NCBI RefSeq assembly: GCF_001194135.2
Contig: NC_068981.1
Span: 199,088,902 to 199,131,134, forward strand
DNA length: 42,233 nucleotides
Reading direction: 5' to 3'
Source of the DNA: Octopus bimaculoides
Lineage: Eukaryota
The notes under the pieces were generated by a model. It had not been told where the DNA came from, did no database searches, and saw nothing but the letters and a program-made list of their open reading frames with translations. Positions 1-10,135 of this stretch are shown one piece after another (the stretch's first letter is position 1; each line of letters starts with the position of its first letter). The translations under genes were made by a program, and so were the position numbers.

Positions 1-133
1 ACTCTGCCAAATTAGATTGGAGCCTGGTGTAGCCATCCGGTTGCACCAGTCCTCAGTCAAATCGTCCAACCCATGCTAGCATGGAAAGCGGACGTTAAAC
101 GATGATGGTGATGATGATGATGATGATGATGAT
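1..133 (+). mobile_element. 3' end of (GAT)n-tailed LINE/SINE-tail family, young copy
   Basis: ...cccatgctagcatggaaagcggacgttaaac(gat)n. Near-identical to 28640-28750 and related to many other copies in the window. CpGs retained. Confidence 0.85.
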
Positions 134-164
134 ATATATATATATATATAACCCTAACCGCACC

Positions 165-345
165 CTCGCTTGATAGCCGATGTTGGTGTGTTTACATCCC
201 TGTAACTTAGTGGCTTGGCAAAAGAGACTGATAGAATAAGTACTAGGCTTACAAAGAATAAGTCTTGGGGTCGATTTGTTTGACTAAAGGCAGTGCTCCA
301 GCATGGCTGCAGTCAAATAACTGAAACAAATAAAAGAGTGAGAGA
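165..345 (+). mobile_element. 3' half of tRNA-derived SINE
   Basis: gatagaataagtactaggctt...ggggtcgatttg...gctccagcatggctgcagtc...ctgaaac. Homologous to 22260-22432 and, inverted, to 23095-23220. Confidence 0.8.
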
Positions 346-690
346 ATGTTGTTTTTGTTTTTCACTTTATTCCTGCTGAAGCAATTCTTCTCTGGTAATA
401 TTATTGTGAACAAGAATTGTCTGCAACCAGTTCCAGTTTTAGAGATACTGACTAATAATGGACCATCTCTGCAATCACTCAGCATGCTAGTAACAGCAGC
501 AAATATCTCCTTCAGATCATTGCCTCCCATTTGAAGAAGACAGGATGCAATGGACAACAAAGTGTTACTTAAGATTATGTCATTGCTGAAACATGTGGGA
601 TCACAGTTCCACTGGGGTCAGGGTTAAACAAGGAAAGTAACAGGTTTCATATCAGTGAATATTTACTTTGTCTTGTTCAGCTCTTGTCAC

Positions 691-747
691 CTTAGATGCA
701 TGTTTAATTAGTTATTTCTTAGATGCATGTTTTTAATTAATTACTTC
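691..747. repeat. Two-copy tandem duplication, about 27-30 nt unit
   Basis: cttagatgcatgtttaattagttattt / cttagatgcatgtttttaattaattacttc. Confidence 0.8.
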
Positions 748-1380
748 TCTTGAAACTCTACAGCAGAGCCATCTTTTAGCAGCTTTATAACCCTCCATTC
801 CCCAAGCAAATCAGTTCACTGAGCCCTGTAGTGTTTATTTATTGACAGCAACCTACAATATACATAGATCAAAATCAAGCCCCTGGAAGTGTGAGTCCCC
901 TAGGCAATTGTATAGCATACCCACAGTTCTTAATTTAAAGAAATGATGGTGATAAAACAACAGTTTCTTAAAATTCATTTGTTGCCTCTTACATTGTCTT
1001 TAATGTTTTGTATTTATCGTTGTTGTTGTTGTTGTTATTATTATTATTATTACTATTATTATTATTATTAATGTTATTGTTATGTCTATTAGGTTCAAAT
1101 GTTGATGGAGAATTCAAGGAATCTGGTAATTTTTTTAAACCTCAATCACTACTAATTGCATTAATCTCTTAACTCTAATCCCTTCTTTGATAGAGGCCAG
1201 TGGAGGATCATCACTGACAACAAACATAAAAAGTATTTTCCAGGATTTAGTCTTTATGAGAAAAATTGAGCAGGAGATAGGGGTAGATTCTATCAAGTTT
1301 ATTAGCTGTAAACCTTAACACAATGGCATCTAATAGGCAGAACTTCTTTCACCCTCACTGTAAGAGTTGGGTAGACAGGC

Positions 1381-1383
<3 letters not shown>

Positions 1384-1422
<39 letters not shown>
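1384..1422. repeat. (TA)n microsatellite
   Basis: Directly visible. Similar tracts at 133-151, 4818-4855, 5273-5303, 5883-5916, 18557-18587, 37833-37875. Confidence 0.95.
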
Positions 1423-1427
<5 letters not shown>

Positions 1428-1603
1428 GAATTTACAAAAGACAAAGACAGGTGTGTAAACAACAAACAGATGTATTAGTTTAACACTTGGGAAGTGAGAA
1501 AGTCTTTTACATTTCGAGCCTACGCACTTCAACAGAAAGGAACACAAAAATAAACAGGGAGAGAAAATAGAAAAAGGTATAGTGGCTAGTGATCTATCAT
1601 GGC
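1423..1603 (-). mobile_element. Short Penelope-like terminal repeat containing a hammerhead-like motif
   Basis: Homologous in opposite orientation to 13650-13810. Minus strand has cttt-CTGTTGA-A-gtgc gtag gctc-GAAAT-GTA-aaag. Confidence 0.65.
1504..1539 (-). ncRNA. Minimal hammerhead-ribozyme-like motif with variant core (CUGUUGA)
   Basis: Stem I cttt/aaag, stem II gtgc/gctc (one mismatch), GAAA, GUA triplet. All seen in the sequence. Confidence 0.5.
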
Positions 1604-1894
1604 ACACGATAGATCCTTATAATATACATGCATATACACACAGGCACATGCACATATGTGCGCACACACTCACACACACATGCATGCATGTGCACACACA
1701 CTCAGGTTATACCAAAAGTAATGTAAAAGGGAGCAACACTTTTTTATTAACCGACATAGGTTGTTCAAGTTGCACACATTTGTAGACTAACACTTACATA
1801 TATAGTAAAGTATTATGCACACACACACGGTCTCCATCACAAGAGAGAAATTAATTCTTTTATTAAACTCAGCTCCTGAATCTTTTTTTTTTTT

Positions 1895-2930
1895 AATTCA
1901 GTGTTATACTTTTGTACCTTTTTCTTCAAAACCACTCTTATCTCGGTCACCAAATTACTGTCCCTAAAGATTGACCTTCATCAGGCCAAGCAGGTAGAGG
2001 TTGTAGAGTAGACTGGTCAAGGGAATGGAGTGCCAAGGGCTAACATACTTTGGTCTCATTCATTGCCAGAGATGTGTTTGGCTGCACATTCTCAAGGTGG
2101 AACTGGATTGTTTTTTTCTATCGCTTCTCTAAGTTTTTGTTTATTGTCTTAGTGCACAGCCATGTTCCAGAAAAATCAAGCAAAATGATGCCCTTGTCAT
2201 CCCCCAAAACAGGTGACCATGACTTTCTATGATGAGTGTTGGCTCTTCAACTTCTCAAGCCTTAGACAAGGTTTGTGATGCCATTCCATTAACTGAACCT
2301 TTGTTTCTGCATCATAAAGATATGGCCATGTATCAACCTTTGTCACGTGATCAGACAAAAAATTGCCTTTATCAGTTTCATTTGTTTCCAACAGATTAGA
2401 TTCCACTTGTGCTCTTCTCCCCTTCAAATCCGGTATCAACTACCAAAGTACCCACATTGAGCACACTTTCTAATATTCAAAGACTTCCACCATCTTCTGT
2501 AAAGTCTGTAACCAGAATCAAGTTGGGCTGCAAGCTTACCGATTGTGATTTGTCTGTGCAAATCAGTTTGTCCACATGGTGGCACTTCATATCAGTTTGA
2601 TTGTTTCCCTCTATGGTTTGCCTTCAGAACTGGTTTTCTCTTCTTTAAACTTCTTCATCCATCCCTGCACATTGCTCTAGTCAACAGCATCATCTCCATA
2701 AACAACCTGTAGTCTTCTGTGAATGTCTCACTGTTTGTACCCCTCAAAAACTCGATGATAGCATGTCACTTCTGCTTGGAATCCATTATTTCCCTGCAAT
2801 GGAAAAGAACAAGAAAAAGAGTATCTATCAAGGAAGAATTACTCTACTAAAATGTGAAACTTGAACAACTTGTGTCAATTAATAAAAAGTTGTGCTCAAT
2901 TTTGCATTACTTTTGGGACAACAACTCTTA
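1895..2930 (-). mobile_element. Decayed mariner transposon
   Basis: Minus strand gives MDSKQK*HAIIEFL, ...YGDDAVD*SNVQGWMKKFKEEKTSSEGKP, MVTCFGDDKGIILLDFLEHG and a ...GLMKVNL*GQ*FGD... remnant. Multiple stops and frameshifts. Confidence 0.85.
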
Positions 2931-2947
2931 TACACATTTACATATCT

Positions 2948-3050
2948 ACACTGGGCAAGTGTCTTCTGCTATAGCCCTAAGCCAAACAAAACCTTGTGAG
3001 TGAATTTGGTAAACAGAAACAGAAAGAAACCCCCTCATGTCTATGTGTTT
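2948..3050 (+). mobile_element. tRNA-derived SINE fragment
   Basis: gggcaagtgtcttctgctatagcc...ccttgtgagtgaatttggtaaacagaaac. Same family as 22072-22432. Confidence 0.75.
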
Positions 3051-3305
3051 GTTTGCCTTCTATGAAAGTTAGAAGCTATGAGCAGTGTTGTCGCTGTCGT
3101 TTCTTTCAGCAAATTGTCTACTTGCTTCACACCATTGAAGGCTTGTGAAATGCGAGATCTTTATTTGAGAGGCATTCTGCTGTAAAATAATACCTCGGTA
3201 ATATATTCAGGAAACTCATGCAAGCATGGGAAATAAAATGGACATAAAACAAATAGATGAATATATATATTTATATATGAATATGTGTGTGTGTGCATTA
3301 TACAT

Positions 3306-3600
3306 ACCTGGGTTTTAGTAAAATATTGCAGAACACATTCCTTGCCATCAAAATATGAAATAACCAGAAATTAACCAGATTTTGAAATTTAATTTAAATT
3401 AAAAAATTATCAGGGTATGTTTTATTACTTTTTATGTTTATTTACATTTTCTTATATTTATTTAGTTATTTATTTGGAGTTTTTTGTTGATTCTAAACAA
3501 AACTTCTTACATAAAGCTAAATGACATATTCACTGCAGCTTTAGACAATAATTGCCGTCTGAAATTGAAACCCTCATCTCTACGTTTGTGATTCTCAAAC
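3306..3600 (-). mobile_element. Interspersed repeat, probably a non-autonomous Helitron-like element
   Basis: 3454-3591 has an approximately 88% identical copy at 5486-5623. The Helitron label rests on recalled similarity only; no CTAG terminus is seen. Confidence 0.45.
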
Positions 3601-4219
3601 TTTCTTCTATCATTGATACTCCACTCCTTAGCATCATGTATTTTTTCAATTTAATGCATCGCTGCAGTGAGGTGCAGAAGGAAAATATTATTAAGGTTTT
3701 GCACAAAAATAAACTTTCATAAAGAAAAAAGAAAAAAAACATGCATCACGAATGTAAATAACAAAAGAAAATAAAATATATTTATCAAAGAAATATATAA
3801 AATATATAACAATAAAAATAAACAAAATCACAAAATATAGAGTAAAACGGCTTTAAATGAATTTGTTTTTTTTATCTTTTCACAAGATCAAACGCAAAAA
3901 CCATTTCCATTATCAGTGGGAATTCTATAGATTTATTGAGTCAACCAGTTTGGAAGAACTGTTGAGGACAAAGCTACTGGCGCCATTGGCTTGCACATGA
4001 TTCCTTGTTATCTCTGTTGTTATTAAAGAAACTGGCATCACATAGAGATGTGATGAGATGGGGAAGAAACATATTGAAAAGTTGCTTGATAACCTGTTGG
4101 TGGGAATCTGTGACTTTCTTCCAGAACTGCAGACTATGGAATTATTCCATTTCCAGGTATTCGATTTGACTGCCAGGAGGTAAATGCACCCACTAAGTTA
4201 TTGAGAATCACTGATCTGA

Positions 4220-4813
4220 GTGAGGTTACCATGTATTTCAAGAGAGGCTGCTTTATGCTAGGAGATAAGGAGCATAAATTTGAGAGATAGGGCCTGAGCA
4301 GAACAGAGGGGCCACATTGCTACTGAGATTTTAGAAGAGAGAGTGAGTGAGGAGATAAGGCATCTGTGTGGCTCTTCAAAGTACAAAAATGAGTAGAAGT
4401 GAACAGAGTGGGGGTGAGGGAAAGAACAAAGAGTTTGGTAGGTGAAGGTTACACAAGTATAGGGGAGAGTAAGAGATGGGGAGTGGGTGAGGCAGGGAAT
4501 ATAATGAACAAGTATTGAGTGGATGATTAAAAGGGGACATAGGGAAGAGTAGGTGACAACTGTAGAGATTGAGTAGGGTTGAGGGGTGGACAAACGGTTG
4601 AGGGTGACCAATGATGATGGGGTGTGGAGGGTGGTAGAATAGTAATAAGGATACAGGAAGGATAAGAGAGAGATGAGTGGTCAGGTAGGTTGCAAGAATA
4701 GGGTGGAGGAAGAGAGAAGAAAGTGCATGGGAGAATGAGAAATGTATGGTAATGGAGAAGGGGAGACGATGTGGGTGAGGAGGACACAGTGCTAAGAATG
4801 GTGGATATATGAG

Positions 4814-4815
<2 letters not shown>
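4220..4815 (-). mobile_element. C-rich LINE 3' UTR-type repeat
   Basis: The minus strand is C-rich and shares motifs (cctagcataaagc, ggtaacctcact) with 31650-32050 and 25570-26010. Confidence 0.55.
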
Positions 4816-4855
<40 letters not shown>

Positions 4856-5091
4856 NNNNNNNNNNNNNNNNNNNNNNNNNNNNNNNNNNNNNNNNNNNNN
4901 NNNNNNNNNNNNNNNNNNNNNNNNNNNNNNNNNNGATGTTAAACGATGATGATGATGATGATGATGATATATATATATATATATATCTATCAAACCAAGG
5001 AAAAAATCCATTTCCTTCAGAGGGATGGAAAACATTCAATTTTCACTGGTTCTTCAGTTAAATACCACACATAAGACAGTATAATTACCAA

Positions 5092-5268
5092 ATATAAATA
5101 TTAAAGGAAATAGAGAAATACATTTGACATATTAAAGATTTATTTACACTACAATATAATATACTATAAAAGGATATATTATAATATAATATATCTTTTT
5201 CTAGTATATTATAGTGTAAATGAATTTTTGATATGTCAATTGTATTTCTCTATTTCCTTTAATATTTG

Positions 5269-5272
<4 letters not shown>
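5092..5272. repeat. Fold-back inverted repeat, arms about 85-90 nt
   Basis: ataaatattaaaggaaatagagaaatacatttgacata... at 5094 and its reverse complement ending at 5272. About 85% identity, short TA-rich loop. Confidence 0.9.
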
Positions 5273-5312
<40 letters not shown>

Positions 5313-5407
5313 TATAAATGAAAAGGAAATGGAGATTTATGATTGACATTTTAATTTATTAACATATTATATTATTATTCTTATATACTATATTGTAAAT
5401 ATTATAA

Positions 5408-5484
5408 TCCTAAAATTGTTTCGATTCAGACCCAATAATAAATTTATAAAAATTCATGTTTATGGTTAAGAGTCTCATCAGGGA
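5408..5484 (-). ncRNA. Hammerhead ribozyme motif (left arm)
   Basis: cc-CTGATGA-GACTC...GAATC-GAAAC-AATT-TTA-gg. One stem II mismatch and G16.2 changed to U. Confidence 0.6.
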
Positions 5485-5664
5485 AATATTTATTTAGTTA
5501 TTTATTTGGAGTTTTTTGATGATTCTAAACAAAACTTTTTATATAAAGCTAAGTGACACATAGACTACAGCTTTAAACAATAGTTGCTGCCTTAAATTGA
5601 AACCCCCATCTCTGCATCTGTGACTATTTGACAAAAATTACATACGTAATTTTTGTCAAACATT

Positions 5665-5741
5665 TCCCTGATGAGATTCTTACCCATAAACATGTATTTT
5701 TATAAATTTATTATTGGGTCTGAATTGAAACAATTGTAGGA
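5665..5741 (+). ncRNA. Hammerhead ribozyme motif (right arm)
   Basis: tcc-CTGATGA-GATTC-ttaccca...tgggtct-GAATT-GAAAC-AATT-GTA-gga. Palindromic stem III (ACAATTGT), GUA triplet, 3-bp stem I. Confidence 0.7.
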
Positions 5742-5882
5742 TTATAATATTTATTCTATATTATAATAATAATATATTATGTTAATAAATTAAAATATGT
5801 CACTCGTAAATCTTGTAAATTTTCTTTTCATTTTTGTATATTGAATATGTACCCATTTGAATTGTGAAAAAGNNNNNNNNNN

Positions 5883-5919
<37 letters not shown>

Positions 5920-6335
5920 GAGCACCAAAAGATGTGCAAACTCAGTGGTAAACATTAATCAAATTCAGGTAGAACCAATTTGAGATCTGCTGGTGTTGAG
6001 ATATATCTAAGAAACATTGGTGCCACCTACCAATATCTGCTGCTGTTGCTTCTGCTACAGTCAATTTTACTGAATCTACTTAACATGGTGCCACTGTTGT
6101 ATGCTGAAAAAAGTGCGAAAAAACAATTATATTAGCTAAAATTGAGTGACATTGAAAAGCAACGTCTAGTTTCACAGAAGCCAGGTATATATCCCTTACA
6201 ATGCTCTGTCTATGGATTACATATCGTTTCTATCAATGAAAACGTCAACAGTGAGTGATGAAGGTTTCGTCATTGCAAAGGTTGTAACAGGTTTATCAGA
6301 TGAGGGAGGCTGTTTATACACAGGCCAAATGTCAG

Positions 6336-6620
6336 TTCATCTGTCATTGTTGATGATGACCAAGAATATTGCATGGTAGAGGACAATGGGATATGGTGTG
6401 GCTGGTCAGTCTGTTGTATGCTCTGTCACAAGTTGGGCACTGGTGGACTGCTGGAACTGAAGGCAAGGAATTAGCTTTTGACTTGTGCAGGTTTTCTGTG
6501 TGCCTCTGCAACCCTGTTTTGTCTATGGGAGGTGACACCTCTGTCAGTGCAGCTTCACCAGGCAGGACAATCTTGTGCTTATGTTTCTCAGGTGTCAGGG
6601 TTGCTCTCAAAGTTCTTCAG
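6336..6620 (-). mobile_element. 5'-truncated RTE-type LINE 3' end
   Basis: Minus strand LKNFESNPDT*ET*AQDCPAW*SC..., then CPTCDRAY..SH zinc-finger remnant and a ggtcatcatcaacaatgacagatgaa tail. A tcag direct repeat sits at both junctions. Confidence 0.8.
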
Positions 6621-7123
6621 CACAATTAATAAATACGGAATGGAGAAAGAACTTAAGATCAGTTCAAATATGTCTTCGGACATATTTGACCTGTGAAAAG
6701 GCATTTTGAATGCAGTTTGTTTTGGAGAAAGCGAATTGTTGCAGTCATTTCAGAGTTTCCCTGCTTGGTATCTGGTATTGAAGAGATTCAATACATACTG
6801 GCAAATGGTTAACAATTCATGGATGGTTGAAATAAAGACAACTCAGAGCTTATTCAGACAATCGTTAAACACCGATGTTAATTATTCTTTCTGTCTGAAA
6901 TTTGGTTGGTGGAAACTGTGCTGTAACCCGACGTCTGTCATTATATCCAAGTGTATGTTAAGTGTTTGTTTGTGTGTGTGTGAGGAGGGAGAAGTTAAAG
7001 TACTTTCCTCCATTAAGTTAAGAGTCTTTATGTTCAGTATTGGTGGCCGTTAAAGGCAGTGCTCCAGCATGGCTGTAGACAACTAAAACTAGCAAAACAG
7101 TAAAAGTAAGAATCTATGTTTAT

Positions 7124-7124
<1 letters not shown>

Positions 7125-7159
<35 letters not shown>
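7125..7159. repeat. (CA)n microsatellite
   Basis: Directly visible. Others at 27317-27357, 30720-30757, 40617-40654. Confidence 0.95.
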
Positions 7160-7161
<2 letters not shown>

Positions 7162-8029
7162 CAGTATAACTTAAGAATAATAAAGAAAATACTGTTGGTC
7201 AAACTGTTTAGTAATACGTAGAAGCTGTCCCCTTGTTAATTAAATGTGTACTTCTACAACTGTATCTCTTTGCTCGCAATCATTAGGGGTGGATTTCCTT
7301 TTCTGTTTAGTTATTTGTATATTGTTGAAGCAATTTTTCTTAGCATGAGAAAATTTTGGTTCTTTCTAGTAGTCATTAAAACAATGGTGGAACTTGTTTG
7401 TCAGTCCAACAGGCTGTGGCAAAGTTGGCTATTTGCCAGTGACACATTGCAATAACTGCATAGTTCTTGTAATAATAATGATGATGATGATGACATAGTT
7501 AGCAGCTCAGTACCTTCACCATACAGCCGTTATGTCAAATGTCTCTCTTGTCTTTTTAACTTCTTCATCAAATGAGAATGTCTATGAAATGATACAATTT
7601 AATGCATGTAATGATCTCATTCTTTCACTAACATATTGCTTCTTCTAACCACAGTTCGCTTAATTTCTTCATCACAAAAATATTTCTCTAACATTTTCAA
7701 ATCTTTTTGTATTTGCATTCAATTCTCTCTACAACGAATGCCAACACTTTCATTTTCTTCTGCAAACTTCCTTTCTTTTCACTATTTTCATCATTTGGCT
7801 TCAAACAAATTTCGCTCTAATCCACAAAATCATATCTCAAATTTTTAAATATTTTTCTTCCATAAATTATTCAATCTTGATTCTTTTTTTATTCAGTTCC
7901 CATCCATGGAAGCATAGAAAAGGTGGATATTAATTGCTAACAAGGACACAGTCTTTTGTTTTGCAACCATAATACACTACCAAGTCTATATCGTGTCTTA
8001 CTTTTGTTTTAGCAGTGCAATGGTCTCAG

Positions 8030-8168
8030 TTTTTAAATTTATCTCAACAGATTTTCCGTAGAATTCAGAGCCAGCTTGGAAAGTGACAACATATTCGTAT
8101 ATGAAACTCCATGACTTTAAGTGCTGGCTCTGAATTCTATGGAAAATCTGTTGAAATAAACCTAAAAA
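8030..8168. mobile_element. MITE-like inverted repeat
   Basis: Arms 8030-8075 and 8123-8168 (tcaacagattttccgtagaattcagagccagc / gctggctctgaattctatggaaaatctgttga), 47-nt spacer. Confidence 0.75.
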
Positions 8169-8258
8169 GAAAAGGTAGATGTTAATAAGTTGATGATGTT
8201 GATTCTGCAGTATTTTTCATCCAATGTTGTTATTATACAATTTGAATATACATCATAG

Positions 8259-8330
8259 ACTGGCTCGCCAGTCCTCAGTCAAACTGTCCAACCCATGCCA
8301 GCACAGAAAGTGGACATTAAATGTTGATGT
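8259..8330 (+). mobile_element. (GAT)n-tailed LINE 3' end fragment
   Basis: ccagtcctcagtcaaactgtccaacccatgccagc...ggacattaaatg. Confidence 0.75.
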
Positions 8331-8469
8331 GTGAGTAGTTCAGTAAGACACCATTAGCAAATGCCACCAATATGTTGTGTTCTAAAAATCCTATGACAAT
8401 GAAAAAATAGCGATGGAACAGGTGAAGGATGTCACTGGAAGTTCTTAGCTTGAACTTTGCACTTCGGTG

Positions 8470-9750
8470 ATGAAAGGTAGGCGGCCACTCAACACAATAT
8501 TTGTGAGTAACTGTGTAATTTGTGTCCTCCTTTCACAACAAAGCAGCCCTTTTTAGGATGGCACTGCCCCCCTCCTATGTAGGAGGGGGCCAAGAAAATG
8601 CAACCTAAAAATTGCTTACTTACATTGTTCCTTGTCATTTGGTGCAAATGACTGAGCATCCAAAACTGCACCAGAAGATTAAGCAAATCGAAAATAAAAA
8701 AATCTTTTCATTGCATTTTGGAATGTGAGAACTCTTCAAGATAGCAAGAAAAACAGAACATAGGACCTCTTTGGTTGCCTGTGTCTCTCTTTCAGAAAGT
8801 AGATTAGTGGACTGTGGTCAGCTACAGGAGTTTGATGATGGACACACTTTTTTGTGGATGGGTAAGCCTCAGGAAGTAAAGAAAGAGGTGGATTGCTATT
8901 TGGAACAACTTGGTGAAACTTCTTAAATCTCTGCCTGTTATCTTCATCCATGATAAACTTCTGTGATTTCAATGCATGCGTAGGTTGTAATACATCATCT
9001 GTGTGGGGTGATGTAATAGGGAAGCATGCGGTTGGTAAGGTATACTCAGACGGCTATCCGTTGCTATCACTTTGTGGTGAGTAATGGACTTTTCGTTACC
9101 ACTACTATTTTCCAACTCCCCAACCACCACAAAACTGCCTGGAAGCATCCTCCATCAAACCATTATCACCTCATTGATTACATAATTGTGAGGTCTTTCG
9201 TGAGAGGAGTTGTCCAAGTAACACCTTCTTTCTCCATTGGGCAGTGTTGGTCTGACCATAGACTGATACAATCAAAGGTGAATTTTACTATCTGCAGTCC
9301 TATTCATAGCAATCGCACCTGACCAACTGGAAAAGTGGATGTGACAAAGCTGAGGAACAATGACAGTTTATACTCACTTCAAACAAACTGTGACGACAAA
9401 CTTGCCAGCATCTCAGACAACACAGGTATTGAACCAGCATGGTCTGCTTTTAAAAATGCTGTATTTATCTTGTGAAACACTCAGGCATGTTAAGAGGAAG
9501 CACAAAGATTGATTTGACTCAAATGATCCAAACATCTTTCCTCTTTTGGACAACATGCACAAGTGCCATTGTCAATGGATGTCAAATAAAAATGATGCCA
9601 CAAAATGCAAAAAGTTTTAAAAGGCCAGAAATACATACCAATCTCAACTGAGGCAAATGAAACAGACATGGTGGCAGAATTTAAAGGGTGTTTTTGGACC
9701 CATATTTGATGGTTCAACGCCTATAGTTTCAATTGAGGGCAATCTTTTCA
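8470..9750 (+). mobile_element. Decayed RTE LINE, 5' part (AP endonuclease and linker), 3'-truncated
   Basis: WNVRTLQD (8719), FQLPNHHKTAWKHPPSNHYHLIDYIIVR, CWSDHRLIQSK, KGVFGP..GSTP. Many stops and frameshifts. Confidence 0.9.
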
Positions 9751-10135
9751 TACACACACACACTCTTTCTCTCCACAGATTAGTGGTTGTCAAATTTCTG
9801 GCCCACATGACAAAGTTAACACACAACAACAAACACAATGATTTCAACTTAATAAAGGACGCCTAGAAAGAAATCATGAAACCTCTTTCTCTGTTTTGAT
9901 AACTGCTTTTTTTTTTTTTAACACCAACTTCCACAATAATTCCACCCCTCCTCTTATTTTTATTTTCAAGGACATTCAAATATGAAATGATCTTATATTT
10001 TTTGCCACAACAAAAACAAACTGATTTAACAGTTGATGTTTATCAATAAAATAAGGCAAGGTTTATTGTTATATTTGGGGAGGGTCATTTTGCCAGTAAA
10101 CTCACACATTCTTTATTTGATCTTCACTTTAGCTT

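Larger units (their letters stand above)
5311..5838. mobile_element. Fold-back element: inverted arms of about 177 nt (5311-5487, 5662-5838) around a 174-nt spacer, Penelope-like
   Basis: Arms are reverse complements with scattered mismatches. Each arm contains CTGATGA...GAAAC. Confidence 0.8.

Noticed and set aside
249-617. Long minus-strand open frame (WNCDPTCFSNDIILSNTLLSIASCLLQMGG...)
   Set aside because: No convincing donor, runs into a SINE and no recognisable homology. One or two frames this long are expected by chance in 42 kb.
1194-1282. Resemblance of TTNIKSIFQDLVFMRKIEQE to MCU LNDVKTLVQQLYTTLCIEQH
   Set aside because: Only 6/20 identities, it lies upstream of the exon it should follow, and the downstream coiled coil is absent. 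Treated as coincidence.
3509-3659. Exon-like minus-strand segment with strong splice sites (IEKIHDAKEWSINDRRKFENHKRR...)
   Set aside because: All three frames contain a stop and most of it lies within an interspersed repeat.
4125-4179. Candidate plus exon (TADYGIIPFPGIRFDCQE) with good splice sites
   Set aside because: Isolated, no homology, and no support beyond splice-like motifs.
4258-5039. ORF-track ORFs of 117-219 aa
   Set aside because: They arise from a C-rich repeat, microsatellites and an N gap.
6694-6696. In-frame TGA/TAG codons as selenocysteine, readthrough or editing-rescued stops
   Set aside because: No SECIS or homology evidence, and the flanking frames are not shown to be coding.
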